Origin: the human T2T-CHM13v2.0 reference genome, Homo sapiens
Length of the DNA: 64,000 nt
Assembly (NCBI RefSeq): GCF_009914755.1
Contig: NC_060946.1
Reading direction: 5' to 3' (one strand)
Shown here: positions 15,656-36,490 of the stretch, piece by piece
Layout: every line of letters begins with the position of its first letter
How positions within the stretch are numbered: the first letter of the stretch is position 1
Program-made: the position numbers and the translations under genes
Notes under the pieces: model-generated
What the model was told of the DNA's origin: nothing
The model's input: only the letters and a program-made list of their open reading frames with translations
Databases searched by the model: none

Positions 15656-17689
15656 CTCAAAAGGGGACAAGAACCATTCATTAGAAGACTGTTAAATAAA
15701 GAAAAATCTGCCTGTGTAAAAAGTGAATTGAACAAATGACATAAAAAGATTATTTTATAATGCAGATTAGAGTTTGCATTCATTGTCTAAAATTTTCTAT
15801 GTCCAACATTTCACAGTCAAACATCAGTCTTATAAATACACAAAGGTATGCTTTCAAGTGCTTTATGCTTTTCCATGTCCATTCTGTGATCTTGCCCTCA
15901 TTGTGTGAGACAGAAAAGCCCATGACAGAGGCCAGAGGTACACTGCTGACCTTGCAGAACCAGCCTTCGTATTCAGAAACCACACAGATAATCCAAGAAC
16001 CAATAAAACAATAAAGAAAATGGGAAAGTGGTAATTTTTCCAGACCTGCGCATAATATTTAACCTCTGTCACCCTGCCGAATAACACAGGACCACAAAGG
16101 AAAGAAGGAAGAAGAGCATACATCCATCAACTATTCTAGAAAAATAAGCCAAAATGTAGACCCTCTGATGACAGGTCGGCAGTCATTGTTGGAGGAGAAG
16201 AGGAAGGGTTGACATGGTGGGCTTAGAAAAGATTTAAGAAGTTAATTACAGTCATCTTTAAATATATGAAAGGCAGCCACATTAGGAACAAAAAGAAGAA
16301 AGCAAGATTTGTTGAGTGCCTATTATGTGCCAAGCATTGCTTTCCATTACAAGTTCTCATTTAACTGCAATCAATCTTCACCAATAAAGGAGAGCCAGAA
16401 ATACCCATTTTGATAGGCTATTTATTCACCTCTGTCCATTGCTCTGGGTATTAACACATTATTAGTGAACTGGGGGATTCAGAAGGCCACACACACCTTA
16501 CTTCATTTCTCATGTTTCTGCAGGACATCCCAGAGCAGATAATGCCCTTCCATGAGACATATCTATGTCTTCTCTCTTTCTTCTGCAGGTCCAGCTTCAC
16601 TGGAGCTGCTCCAGCCTTATGAGAGCATTTCGTCACAGCACCTGAAGTTCAACCATTGTTAAGTGTGGTCCCCACTGAACTATAAACCAGGCCCAGCAGC
16701 CAGAAAACCCAGATCCCATTCTGGGAAAAGCTATATGTTAGAAAGAAACATATGTGATCTCTTGTTGGGCAATTCAGTTGCACTTCTTGGCCTAATTCAT
16801 GAAAAAAAAAAAAAAAAAAACTTGTAAGTATTAAGCCTTCTTCCCACCCTAGAATCCTATGATTTCATGCTCTCTTCAGTCTCTCCCAGAAGAAAATGTC
16901 CAGTATTCAGGAAGCATAGCTTCCCAGGAAACAGATAGGGTAGCAGCAGTTTACCCACCCCCTACATGACAGGAACAATGAGTCTGCCTCCTAAAGGACG
17001 GCAGGGGGCTGGAAGATTACAGTTCTCTAAAGACAACCTCTGCCATCCTCCATAGAGACCAGCACAAAGGCAATTAAGGATGAGTAGGAGGCCAGTTTTT
17101 AGAGTCCACCATCAATATTTTCTGCAGCCACAGTCCTGAATCTCACTTCATCATCTTTCTGATGTTGGTAACAAGCGGGCATTGGGTCTAAGAGAAAAGG
17201 AGAAAAATTAGGGCTCCCAGCTAGACAGGTGAATCATGAAACAGCCACTGCCCTGCCGCTTCCCTTCCTGAGCTCGGGATCACGCGCACCCCAGTGATGG
17301 CATGGGGGTGACTTTCTGGGCCAGCTGGAGCAAGATCAAAGGCTGGTAGACATGTAGGGCCTTGTCTGAAAACTGGCAAGAAATGTTTTCCTGATTTAAA
17401 GCCAACTGTCTAGAGTGATGACTGTTAGTTTAGAACAGGATCCTTGGATGGAAGTGACAGAGCCATCCCCCTCCTCAGCAGCATCCTTAGAAGGGCTCCC
17501 TTTCATCCCCTACAGGAAGTACCATTCCCAGCAGGCCTTCCATGCAGGAGCCATGCTTAATATACTGGTTCTTCAGGAACACCCAGAGAAGGAACCTGCC
17601 CCCATCAAAAGCTCAGAGAGTCCTTGTCTAGACACAATGACAGTAACTTAGCTGAAATAAGCCACAGAGAGGGAAACAGGACATAGGAG

Positions 17690-17890
17690 AAAGGGCACAG
17701 ATACTGGAGTCAGACAGTTCTGGATATTCATCCTGGCTCTGCCATGTACCGGTTACATGATTTGTAGTTAGTTAACTCCCCTATGCCTCAGTTCCTTTGT
17801 ATGTACAATGGGAATAATAACAGGACCTAGTCCATAGAGGTGTTGTTGAGAAACAGACCATGAGAGAACCATGTAAAACATGAGAAATGA
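17690..17890 (+). mobile_element. MIR SINE
   Basis: ctggagtcagacag...gcctcagttcctt...aatgggaataataacag. Confidence 0.7.
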
Positions 17891-17904
17891 AGTAAATGAT
17901 TCTT

Positions 17905-18490
17905 TATTATTATACTTTAAGTTATGGGATACATGTGTAGACCATACAGTTTTGTTATATGGGTATACATGTGCTATGGTGGTTTACTGCACCCATCAAC
18001 CCATCATCTACATTAGGTATTTTTCCTAATGCTATCCCTCCCCCAGGCCCCCACCCCCTGACAGGCCCCAGTGTGTGATGTTCCCCTCCCTGTGTCCATG
18101 TGTTCTCATTGTTCAACTCCCACTTATGAGTGAGAACATACAGAGCTTGGTTTTCTGTTCTTGTGTTAGTTTGCTGAGAATGATGGTTTCCAGCTTCATC
18201 CATGTTCCTACAAAGGACATGAACTTATCCTTTTTAAAGGCTGCATAGTATTCCATGGTGTCTATGTGCCACATTTTCTTGATCCAGTCTATCATTGATG
18301 GGCATTTGGGTTGGTTCCAAGTCTTTGCTATTGTGAATAGAGCCACAATAAACATACATGTGCATGTGTCTTTATAGTAGAATGATTTATAATCCTTTGG
18401 GTATATACTCAGTAATGGGATTGCTGAGTCAAATGGTAGTTCTGGTTCTAGATTCTTGAGGAATTGCCACACTGTCTTCCACAATGGTTG
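17905..18490 (-). mobile_element. 5'-truncated L1PA 3' end
   Basis: ORF2 C-terminus in ORF 18113..18484; 14-bp TSD agtaa(a/g)tgattctt at 17891-17904 and 18491-18504. Confidence 0.93.
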
Positions 18491-19729
18491 AGTAAGTGAT
18501 TCTTAAACAACAGATGTTAGACCACAGCCTGTGGGATCCAAAGCCATGGAAAAGAGGAATTTTGAATTCAAGTGCAACTCAACAGTGGTAACCAACAGTC
18601 ATTCCCCAGGGGCTGTGGTCCATATCTTTCAAATTCCCTTAAGATCTCCACTACATCCATGTCTACTGAATTATACAATCCTCTATCTCATACCATTTCT
18701 TTTGGGAAGGGAAAAGTCAAATATCAGCGTCAGCACTTGTTAGCAGTCTAATCTTAAGCAAATGCTCTTCAACCCCACACTTTAACTTAAGTGAGGTGGA
18801 GGTAATCATACTTATCTTTCCAACCCCCAGGGTCATCATGAGAGATGAGTGACAGCACGCATCATTGACAAAGCTCTACGCAAAAATAAGTTTTCCTCCT
18901 GTAGACAGGAGCTGCATGTTTTGAGTGAGTGGAGTTCAGAGCAGAGGTACCTTCAGTCCTGGTAGCCTGTTGGTACCAGGAGTTGGAGGCCGGAAACAAA
19001 TCGGCCATGTAAACATTGGGAAGACCAATGAGCATTTCACAGGCCATAGAGATAGGCAGGCTGAGCCATCACTATTTGCAAATCCCCACTAATTGGTCAT
19101 TACAGAGAGAAGTGTACCAGTCCACTGCGAATTTCCCACAGTTCGTTTTTAATCATGCACCAATCCCTCACAAATGTCCTGTTTCCTATTACTTCATTCT
19201 ACAGCACTAACAGATATCATAAGGGGCCCACAGGAACATTTCTGAGAAATGCCATTTCCAACAGCTGTACAAAGTGATTTCTTGGAGCTGTATCAAGGGA
19301 GGCCGTCACGGGTGTCTGCTGAGGGTACCATCTGACATGCTTCCTGAATGCAACTGTGGAACACGGCGCAAGTCCATTTCTCTCCTGTTCTTCCTCCTTC
19401 CCTAAGGTCGTCTACTGGATGGTGTTTTAATGTGTTTCCTTCCTAGCATACCTGTCATGGAAAGACACTCACTCACCTGTCCCAGAGCTGCTCTTAGGAG
19501 GTGGGCTGGTGCAAATGTTGCTGCCTTATCTATGCGACTTCAGGGTGGCTGGTGGGCAAACTCCTGGCTACCCACACAAGCCTCTGGGACACAAATAGGC
19601 ATTAGGAATGTGGTGACCCTGGGCTCTACAGTGATAAAGAAACGTGAATTCCTGGGCCTGACCGTGATAAAGAAACTCTGCCATCGGTTTTATTATTCTT
19701 AGGGACCCAGCTCTAAATTCATTGTGTAT

Positions 19730-20960
<1,231 letters not shown>

Positions 20961-21799
20961 GTGGAGTAGGCAGATCATGGCTTTGGGGTTGTTGATCCGG
21001 GTTATGTATAAACTAAAACATAGACAGACTAATAGATCATGGAGTCAGACAGGCCTGGGTTTTCATCCTGGCTTTGTCATGAACCATAGTTACTAGTATT
21101 ATGAAAAAATTACGTTTTATAAATACTTTCATACTGTTGTACTGGATTCTGACAACACTCTCATGGGATTCAGGAATGTGAGAGAGACAGGTGGTTAATT
21201 GGTAGGGGAATAAAAAGCAGGTGTCAGGAAACTTTGATGAAGTCTTCGATAGTAGACATCGGGTTAGAGGACAGGACTCTAGAGACAATATTCTTTTGAA
21301 CGTATCAGATTGTATTTTCTAAATTATTATTTTTTAAGCCATGAAGTATTTATTTCGGATGTATATATATATAAAGCCAGCACGTAAAATAATAGACAGT
21401 TGGTCTCCCTGGATTAAAGTAGGCCTGACAGAGTCAGAGCATCAGTGTTTCCTCCCCTTCTCCCCTTTCATCCGAGACCTCATGGAAGGGGCTTCCAGGA
21501 GGGAATTCCAGTCCATGGTACCTTACTCCTTCAACTTCTTAGCTGTTGATGGACTTCACAACCGGCCACACCACCCGAGTGCATTTTAAGTCATTCTGGC
21601 CTTGGCTACAAGTGGAATGAAGCATTTTTAAGAAGCTGTCATGTCGTGTACACTGACCCATCTTATTTCACCCCTTCCTTTGTGGCTGACTCAGTCCCAA
21701 GCCATCTGAGAGCTGAGAGAACCAAGGTTCAAAACCAGTTAGAGAATTCTTCGGCGGTAAACCAGGATTTGAAATTAGTTTTTTCCCAATCACTTTGTA

Positions 21800-22332
<533 letters not shown>

Positions 22333-23927
22333 CACACTTCGGTGTCTTCTTACAAAGTAAAGGGTGCAGGCTCACAGGGGACATGGCACTGGACTCCTAC
22401 CCAAAGAAAGGTAAATGGTGAACACAGCGGCAGAGGCATCCTTCGGAACCAGCTGCTGCTCCTCCTCCCATGTTGCTTTTCCCCCATGGTGTTGGCGCTA
22501 AGACCCTGGGAGACAGAGTGGCTTGCTTTCACCTTAATTAGCGCAGCAATTTGCTAAATTTTGTTTTTCCCTTTTTAAGAGTGTTAATCAATTTTAGCTC
22601 AGAATAGATTGGAATGGCACGCAAATTACCAAGACAATCCCCAAATGCTAAATTCTGAACATCTCCATCAACCTCAGAGCCTGAAATATGTGAAAATCAG
22701 AAACTCTGGCTGGCATGTCAGTGATCTATTAAAAATGCTATGGCTCTAAAATGAAAAGATAATGGCTTTATGAGGTTTGGAACAAGCAATTTGCCAGAGT
22801 CAGCCTCATGCTTAGGTGTTGAGTCCTTCCCAAGGTGATCAGAGACAGAGCATCAGTGCATTTCTGCAAAGTTACATGTTCCTCTAATCACAGCAATTTG
22901 TTAAATCCACAAGCATTAGTGGGTACCTACTATGCACCAGAAATATAGAAAAGAATAAGATGCGGCTCCTCTCCTCCTACCCCATTAAGAAAGGTTCAGT
23001 AGACAGACAAGTGAACAAAAAATGTCTTCCTCTTTCCTGTGGAAGTCAGGCTGTTTCTTAAGAGGAGTTGGCACTGCAGCTGAGTCCTGAAGTACGAACA
23101 GGAGTTGTGGCAAGATAGGTGGGAAGGAAATATCAGATGGAAGGAACAGAATAAGCAAAGACTCAAACACAGAAGAGGGGGCAAAGGGAACCAGAGGTGT
23201 GCTCTGCTACTTAGAGTTAAAGGAATAGCGAAGGTTTACGGGAATGCCAGTGACAAGACTGGAAGTAGAATCAAGAGCCAGAATATACAGGACTTCTTAA
23301 TCGGGCTGTGGGTCTCAACACGATGCAAGCAAAATGGCACCACAAAAAAATTGTAAGGGGAAGAGATGACCAAAAAGGTTTCATTTGGTTGAAACCCCTC
23401 CAGCCTGACATAACCTTTAATATTTATTCAGCAGTGTCTTTTTAAAGCACATTCAAATATATTCTCTCATTTGAGCCTCTTAATTATCCCCATGAGTTTG
23501 GTATTTCATCCACCTTTTCTACTGATGAGAAAACAGGTCCAGCAGAGATGCGTGGTTTACTTTGTGTCTTTTGATCAGTAAGTGACAACAGGCAAATTTA
23601 AACCCCAGCCCATGGGGGTCTGAGTTCAGCCTTTACTTCACTGGGTAATGGAACTCTCTAGATGACAGCTACCATAGACCACTTTCAGATTATACACCAG
23701 GCCAATGCTCTCCAGCGTCTCCAGAAAGCCTTGGTGGTCAAAACTCACAGACCAAAGTGGATTCTGTGCACTCAAAGGGGTTACTTTAATACTTCGATAA
23801 TAAAATCAGATTCTGCTGGCAAACAACTTCCTTACGCCCTACACATTTTCAGTTAGGAGCTGAGATTTCTGGCATTGCTACAGTCTGCTCAACCACAAGT
23901 AATAACGCTTCCAGCTAGAGGAGATCA

Positions 23928-24212
<285 letters not shown>

Positions 24213-25642
24213 TTACGAAAACAGTGCTCACTGGTGAGGCTGCAGGAGCTGAAAAGGAGAGAAGTCATCTCACCCAACCTCTGTGACTCAGAGAAGTGAC
24301 AACCAACCACCAATCACTACTGACACCCAATTCAGGCCAAACGCCATACCTGTTATTAGGATTCATTTTTTTCTGAAAGCCGTAAGTAGAGCATGTGTTA
24401 ACAATTTGGTCAACCTTTATATCTGACTTATCAGCCTTAACGCAGAAACACAACAATGTAGTGTAAGTTTTTTAGACTGGCTGCAGGCGGCTGGCAAGAG
24501 ACTTCTCCAATAGCACAGTGTAAGTTCTGTCTTCTGCTTGTTCCTCTCCAAAAGAAAACCAGGCTTTAAGATGGAGTCATCGGGAGCTCCCATCACCCAG
24601 TAACAGCCTGTCCTCACTTTTAATATTTCTATAGCTTTTGTTCATCTGAAATAGACCACTTCCAGGTTGTATACTAAGCCAATGGCCTCCAGCCTCTACT
24701 GAAAGCTTTGGTGGCCAGAACTCAGACCAAAGTGGATTCTGTGCCAACCAAGCGGTTACTTTAATACTTTTGATAATAAAATCAGATTCTGGTGGCAAAC
24801 AACTTCATTATGCCCTGAACACTTTCAGTTAGGAGCTGAGATGTCTGATGTTGCTTTTACTGAGGCAGCACCCGAAATACCAAGGAGCATTACGCAAGGG
24901 CAAAACTTCCGGAGTTAAATGGAAACAGGTTCCAAACCCAGGTCTGAAATGTATGAGTGGGAATCTTGAGCATGTCACTTACCCCTCTGCACTGCTATTT
25001 CTACATTCTGGAAAATGTGGAGAAAGACCTTCTCATCAGGCTGCTGTGTTGATTAAATAAAATAAGAAGTGCAAAATACGGCACATCAAAAATAAACATG
25101 GGATAATAATCAATAGCAGATGCGCCCTACTGGCTAGATACAAAGCAATACGTCAGTCAAGAACTACTAGCATAAATACTATTGTGCTACTACAAATAAT
25201 GACATAAAGCGTAATGCCATGAATGAGTACCTACTAGAAATAAAGCACTGTGGGAAATACAAAGATGAGAATGACCCGGCCCGCTGACCTCAAAGAGCTC
25301 ATACTGCTCAGAGACAGACGAGCGCAGTTAAATATAAGCACGGGGCGGAATGTGATAAGGACTACAAAAGAACACAAAGTTCCACGGGAGTAAGAGCAGC
25401 AGCCAATTCTGACAGGGTCAGAAGGATGTGTAAGAGGAGAGGGAAGCTGTGCCCTAAAGGGAAATGCAGGACTTTGACAAGAGAAGAAGGCAGAGGGGAT
25501 GCAATCTGAGGAGAGCAACAGACAAAGGCTGGGCCCAGGGTGTATTAGGAGTGGGGGCCGGGGGCGGAGGGGCTTAGTAGGGCTCCAGGGTTGGAGCAGA
25601 GAAGGACATGAGAATGCAATGAAAGTTTAATTAAAACAGTTT

Positions 25643-26026
<384 letters not shown>

Positions 26027-26704
26027 TTAGCTCTCGGCCGTCGGCATGGTCACTCCCCACACCTGTCCTATGTTCCAGACATACAGACCATCTCTCAGTT
26101 TCCCGCCCCCTACCCCGTGCTCTCTCTCCACCCTGGGCCTTATCATATTTAGCTTGCTCTGCAGGCATCTGTCCCGCAGTTGCTCATTCAATAAATCCTC
26201 ACTGAGTACACCCTATTTGTCAGGGGATGAGCTGGATGCTGGGGACACAGTGGTGAGTCAGACATACCCGCACTGCCCCTGCTGTCATGGAGCTCACAGT
26301 CTTGCCCACCCTGCACCTCCACATTCAGCACTTGGTTATCTCTTAGTCTGCCTTAGGACCGCCATCATTTGCTCCTAGGATCCTTTCCTGACTACCCACA
26401 TCTAGGTCAGGGGTCCTTCCTAACTGTTATCCCAGCCATACGTACCGGCCTACTCATCCTTATGTAGTGGTTGCCTGTCTACTTGTCTACACCCCCCATG
26501 TGAGCTCAGCAAGCTCAAGGATCACATCAGATACATTCAAATAGACAGGCCCATGATCTACAGCACAGTGCCTAGAAGACAGTAGGAGTTGAATCAATGA
26601 ACTGAATGGATAGATGGGAGATGAGGGGAACAGATGTAGACATGTCATTTAGGAGATCATTAGACTTGGTGGATGTGAAATGAGAATCCGATTAAGACAG
26701 TGTT

Positions 26705-27046
<342 letters not shown>

Positions 27047-28259
27047 CTAGAGGATTTCAGGAGAACAGATATTAGATATGAGAAAAAAAAGAGGGAGGAG
27101 CAGAAGGCAACACTGGGGTTCCTGGGTCAGCGGCAATGGCTCCAGGACAGGGAATACAATGAGAAAGGCACCTTGGAGGAGGACAGTGAGTCTGGGATTG
27201 GGCAACCAAGCTGAAGTCAGGGGTGGCAAAGCCAGTGCTGCTGCTGAATGGGTGGGTCTAGACCTGAAGAAAGAAATTTCTCAAGGCCAACCTGCCATAC
27301 ATGTAACAGGTGCCTAAGGGTAATAAACTGAATAAACGAATCAAAAAGCAGTCAGCACTGCAGAATTTCCCCATGGGACCCACTGCCTTTTAAAGACTGC
27401 AACTTTCCCATAAAATTATCTATGCTCACCATGCTCAGGGGAAAGGGGCATATTTTCCCTACAGCTTCCCTAAATGCCCTATAAGAAGCTGCCACTGGGC
27501 CTTGGTGATGCTTGGTGGCATGAAGGGACAATGCTGTGTTTGCCCACTGGCCAGTGGCTTACCTGAGGGCCAAGTCAGAGGCAGCAGGACAAAGTCACCA
27601 GGGAGACAGACGGTCCATTTGGCCCTCAGTGTTTCCACGACTGTCTCCCAAGGCCACAGTTGCCATAATGGATTCTTATTAACGGAGAATGGATAAAGGT
27701 AAGCCTATATCATGGTCAAGTTGCATGTTCATCTACAGTAGAGGGGCAGCTTAATTTTAGCCATGGGGTGACAATAATAAATGGACCAAGCTTCTTATAT
27801 TTGCTCTAATGCATCATACTTTCCATATTTCTGTATCTTTGCTTGTGCTGTTCCCTCTCCATGGAATGCCCTTCCCTGCTTGGAAGCCCCATGAATTCCT
27901 GTTCATTCTTCAAAATTCCCTTTGTAAGTCATCTCCTCCTGGAAATCTTCTTTGAGCACTTCCTCGTGTCTTTCTTCTGCTAACTCTGCACCTTGTGTGA
28001 AAAGCTCATCCACCATCTGTAGCAAGGCATTGTGATACGTATTTAAACTGCTGGCTCCTTGTCCCTACTGTGAGACCACAGACGACAGAAACCATCTTTT
28101 CATCCCCATCCACAGTATCCAGCAAAGAACCTGGTGAATCATGGGTCCTGAATAGATATTCCTGTAACAACAACAAAAAGCCAATGCCCCTCCTTGTATT
28201 ATCACTGTAACCACCAGCATAGGAGGGCAGAAACAGTTGATGGCACACTTTGTATCAAG

Positions 28260-28520
28260 AGTTCGGAGTTTGGACTATGTTCCAGAATGCCTGGCTTGGC
28301 ATCCCGGCTGCAGTACCTACTGAGTGACTGTAAGCAAGTCACTTCATCTCTCAAGGCCTAATTTTCTCATCTCCAAAGCAGGAAAGAGATAATGGGAAGC
28401 AAGGAATATTATACTGGATAATTGTGAGGATAAAATAACATAATAAACATAAAGTGCTTAGTAAAGTACTACCTGATATATGGTAAGATTTCAATACAGG
28501 TTATCTATTACCAATATTAA
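28260..28520 (+). mobile_element. MIR SINE
   Basis: gcaagtcacttcatctctc...ttttctcatct...aaagtgcttag. Confidence 0.65.
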
Positions 28521-29204
28521 CTTATGATACTGCTTTTTTTCTCTACTACTTTTGCATCGCGTTTTTGATGAAGTATTTTCAATTAGTTCTTCCAAGCACA
28601 GACAAAAAACGGGCTGAATGAATATCTAACAAAGAGCTATTAAGCAATAACTACATATAAGTTACAACAGGGATACAGGTGATGAATGAGCTACGAGTGT
28701 TCTCTACAGGCAGCTTACGATCTTGGAGAGTCAGAGGAAGACAGAATACAAAAAACTCCACAAACGTCAGAACATGGATGCGCCGCTGTGCTGGGCTGCC
28801 ACCCACAACAGCTGAGCTTGGGAATGGCCCACTTCCCAGGGAGCCTTCCACATAAACCAACAGGTAATATGCAGGACACTCTCAGAGTTAGATTGAAAAC
28901 AACCTGCACAACCATATATGACGACTCTACAAGGAGGAGCACAAAAGCTACATGGTGGTGAGGGTGAAAGAGATGACATTTTGGTAGTGAAGAATCTGGG
29001 AGGTTTCCATGAACTATGTGGCAATTAAATGGGAGCTCTAAATGGGCAGAGGAGGAGAAAGGGAGGCATTCAGCAGGGAAGTGCAGTTGACCGTTGAGTA
29101 ACATGGGGTTGAACTGTATGGGTCCACTGACATATGGATTTTTTTCAACAAAATCTGGAATGGGAAACCCAGCTATACTGAGGGCTGATTTTTCCCACAG
29201 GCTG

Positions 29205-31965
<2,761 letters not shown>

Positions 31966-33022
31966 GGGGTAGGTGACATAGGGCTAACTACAGGACTTGA
32001 ATATGTGCAGATTCTGGATATGTGGGTTGCCTGGAACCAATCCCCTCTATATACCAAGGGACAACTCTGATAGAGTAAGAAAGGAACAAAGGTGGTAAAG
32101 TACAGAGCAGGTCTGTGAAAGAACAATAGTCATATTTGGGTGGATCATACAACAACATTTACTGCACACCTACTTAATGCCAGAAATAGGGAGGATAAAA
32201 AGAAAAAAAGAGAGACCACGTCTACAGGACAGACTGGGCTAGAATGTGTGAGTTCCTAGGAACTGCAAACTTCATTCTCTAAGAGAAACAGCCAGACAAG
32301 GTTTGGAGGCTCAGCAGGCAGCAAATAGAAGTTATAATTCTGGGAAGTTTTAACCTGGTTACAGAGCAGAAGGTGGACCAGTGTGGGGTAAGAGGAGCAA
32401 GCCCTTAAAGAAAGATGCTACAAACATTAGGATGGGGCTTCCTCCTTCAATCTTCTTCTGCCTCTGGTCTATTTAAAGCTTCTGTCCAGAAGGCAGAGTA
32501 AATCCAGAAAGAAACCTCACCCTCACCTTTATGGCAATACTAGGTGTCTGCATTGTCAAAGGGAATAGTGGGTTTCATTAGCTTGCCTGAGAATATACAA
32601 ATGCTTAATCAGAAAACACATGAGCCCCTCAGCCCAGGTGACAACCAAGACCTTGGCAGTTTGCTGATATTGTCTCAGCAATCAAAGGCGGGCTAACTAT
32701 CAGCAGCTTGTGTCTGACTCCTATCAGACAGCATGCTTGAGGGGTTCCATTAATGTTCCACTTTGGGTACCATCATAAGAATTTGGGCCCAGACTGCAGT
32801 TCCTGATAGTGGCCTTTTCCTTTTAGGCTCACCAAACCATGGCACAAGCACATGAAAATACTGCCCAGACCACCTTTCTTGGAGCTTCTGTGTAAGCCGA
32901 AATAGTTCCCCTGAGCTTTAACCTGTAAATCTGACTGTCAACCAGATGGCCCCACTTTCACATCCCACAGGTCCCTGGGAATCAAGAAGCACCCAATTAC
33001 AATTCTACTACACACAAGTTTC

Positions 33023-33184
33023 TTCTATTTTTGGAAACAGAGTTTTCACTCTTTTTGCCCAGGCTGGAGTGCAATGGCGCGATCTTGGCTCACCACAACC
33101 TCCGCCTCCTGGGTTCAGGAGATTCTCCTGCCTCAGCCTCCTGAGTAGCTGGGATTACAGACATGTGCCATCACGCCCGGCTAC
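33023..33184 (-). mobile_element. 5'-truncated Alu (right monomer only)
   Basis: Flanked by TSD ctactacacac(c)aagtttct. Confidence 0.9.
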
Positions 33185-33554
33185 TACACACCAAGTTTCT
33201 AATGATTTGTGGAGTGTTTGTCTGGGACCTGTCTCTTCTTTAGAATTTAAGCTCCTTGGGGACAGAGACTGGGTCTTGCATTCACTGCTGCATCCTAGCT
33301 CCCAGAGCACCACCTGACACAGTAAGGAGGGGCTTTTGTTTATTCTGCAGGACTGCATGGATGAGTGGCTTCCTCAATTTCCAAAACAGAAATCAGTTTT
33401 CCCTCTCCTGGCCCCTTACACAGGTTTCCCCTTGAATTTCCTGCCTGCGTTAAAGGTGCCTCATTCACCCAGCCTCATAAGCTAGAAATGGGGGTATGCC
33501 CTGGGCCCCCTACCCAGCTGTATGCCACACACTCAATCAACCTCAAGTCCTGAA

Positions 33555-33820
33555 AGGCAGCTTAGCTTAATGGTTAGGAGCTGGGTCTTGAAAGCAAAAC
33601 TGCCTGTTTTTTTTTTCTTAACGTGGTTCTGTCATGAACAAATGTTGAACCTTGGGAAAGCTTCTTCACCTCTGAGTCTCAGTTTCCAAATCTTCAAAAT
33701 GGGCTTGATCACAATAGCTCCTACCTTACAGTTATTGTCAGATCGATTGAGCTAAAACATATGCAGCACTTACAACAAGGACTGGCAGGAAGTGAGGACT
33801 TAGCAAATGTTAGCCTCATT
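33555..33820 (+). mobile_element. MIR SINE
   Basis: aggcagcttagcttaatggttagg...ctctgagtctcagtttcc. Confidence 0.7.
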
Positions 33821-34909
33821 ATCCTATCCAACCTTGGGGACATCTCATGAATATATTCACTCTTTTTTCTCATGAATATATTCACTGTTTTTCTGACTCT
33901 CTAACTCACTCTGATATATCCTCTAGCCCCTAAGCCATACACTTGCTCTAATGTAATCACACAGCCCCTTGCTCACTGTACAATATATAAGCCCCAGCCT
34001 CTCGCATGGAGCAAAAAAGACCTTCAACGATCTCACCCTATCTGTCCCTCAAAGCTCATATCTTCACACCCCTTCCTTAAACCCTGCACTCCAGCCATTT
34101 CTCCCTCAGTTCTGCCTGTGACCAGCTCCTGCTCCTCCTGCAGGAATAAAGTCAACAGCCACATTCCCGGGGAAACCTTCCACAGTCACCCCATCCAACG
34201 CAGCCCCATCTCCCCCATCACTCTCCATCCCACTGTCCTGTCAGATTTTTTCCTAGCATTTATTATCACTGGAAATCTCCATGTTAACCTCCAAGACTAC
34301 CTCCTACCCTCCATGAGACTGTCAGCTGTGGAGGATAGCGCTTCTCCAGCTTCACAAAGTACCTCCTCTCTTGTTTACTCTCTCTACAACCCCAGCGCTT
34401 AGAGAGCATCTAGCTGGTCTCGGGTGCAGTTCCAGGGTTGAGCATGCTCTCCTGGCAGGCTTGTGCCCATGCTGTCGCCTTTTCCTGGACCATCTACGCT
34501 TCACCCCGCTAACTGCGTCTGGCCTTCTGTTCTCAAGTTAGACACCACAGTTCTGAGGAGGCCATTCCACGGTGTCAGACGCCCTTCTTAGTGGCTCCAG
34601 CTGAGTCTGTGCTCAAACCTTAGTTCAGATCTTTGAAATAATCGACTATTTACTTCTTCTTTGTTCCCTGCTAGATGGAATCTTAGCATGGATGCTTTAT
34701 TTTGTTAAGAATCTTATACCTAGATTTTTTTTTTTACAGCCCCTTACAGGTAGAAATACTCAGTGATTGTTTAAGGAAAGAATGAATAAATGAACACATG
34801 AATAATTACCAAAAAGATCCAAATGCCCTCAGTTTGACGCAATTACCAAAGAGATTCAAATGCCCACAGCTTGACGTAATTACCTGGAAGTTAGGTACAG
34901 AGGCACTTA

Positions 34910-36490
<1,581 letters not shown>

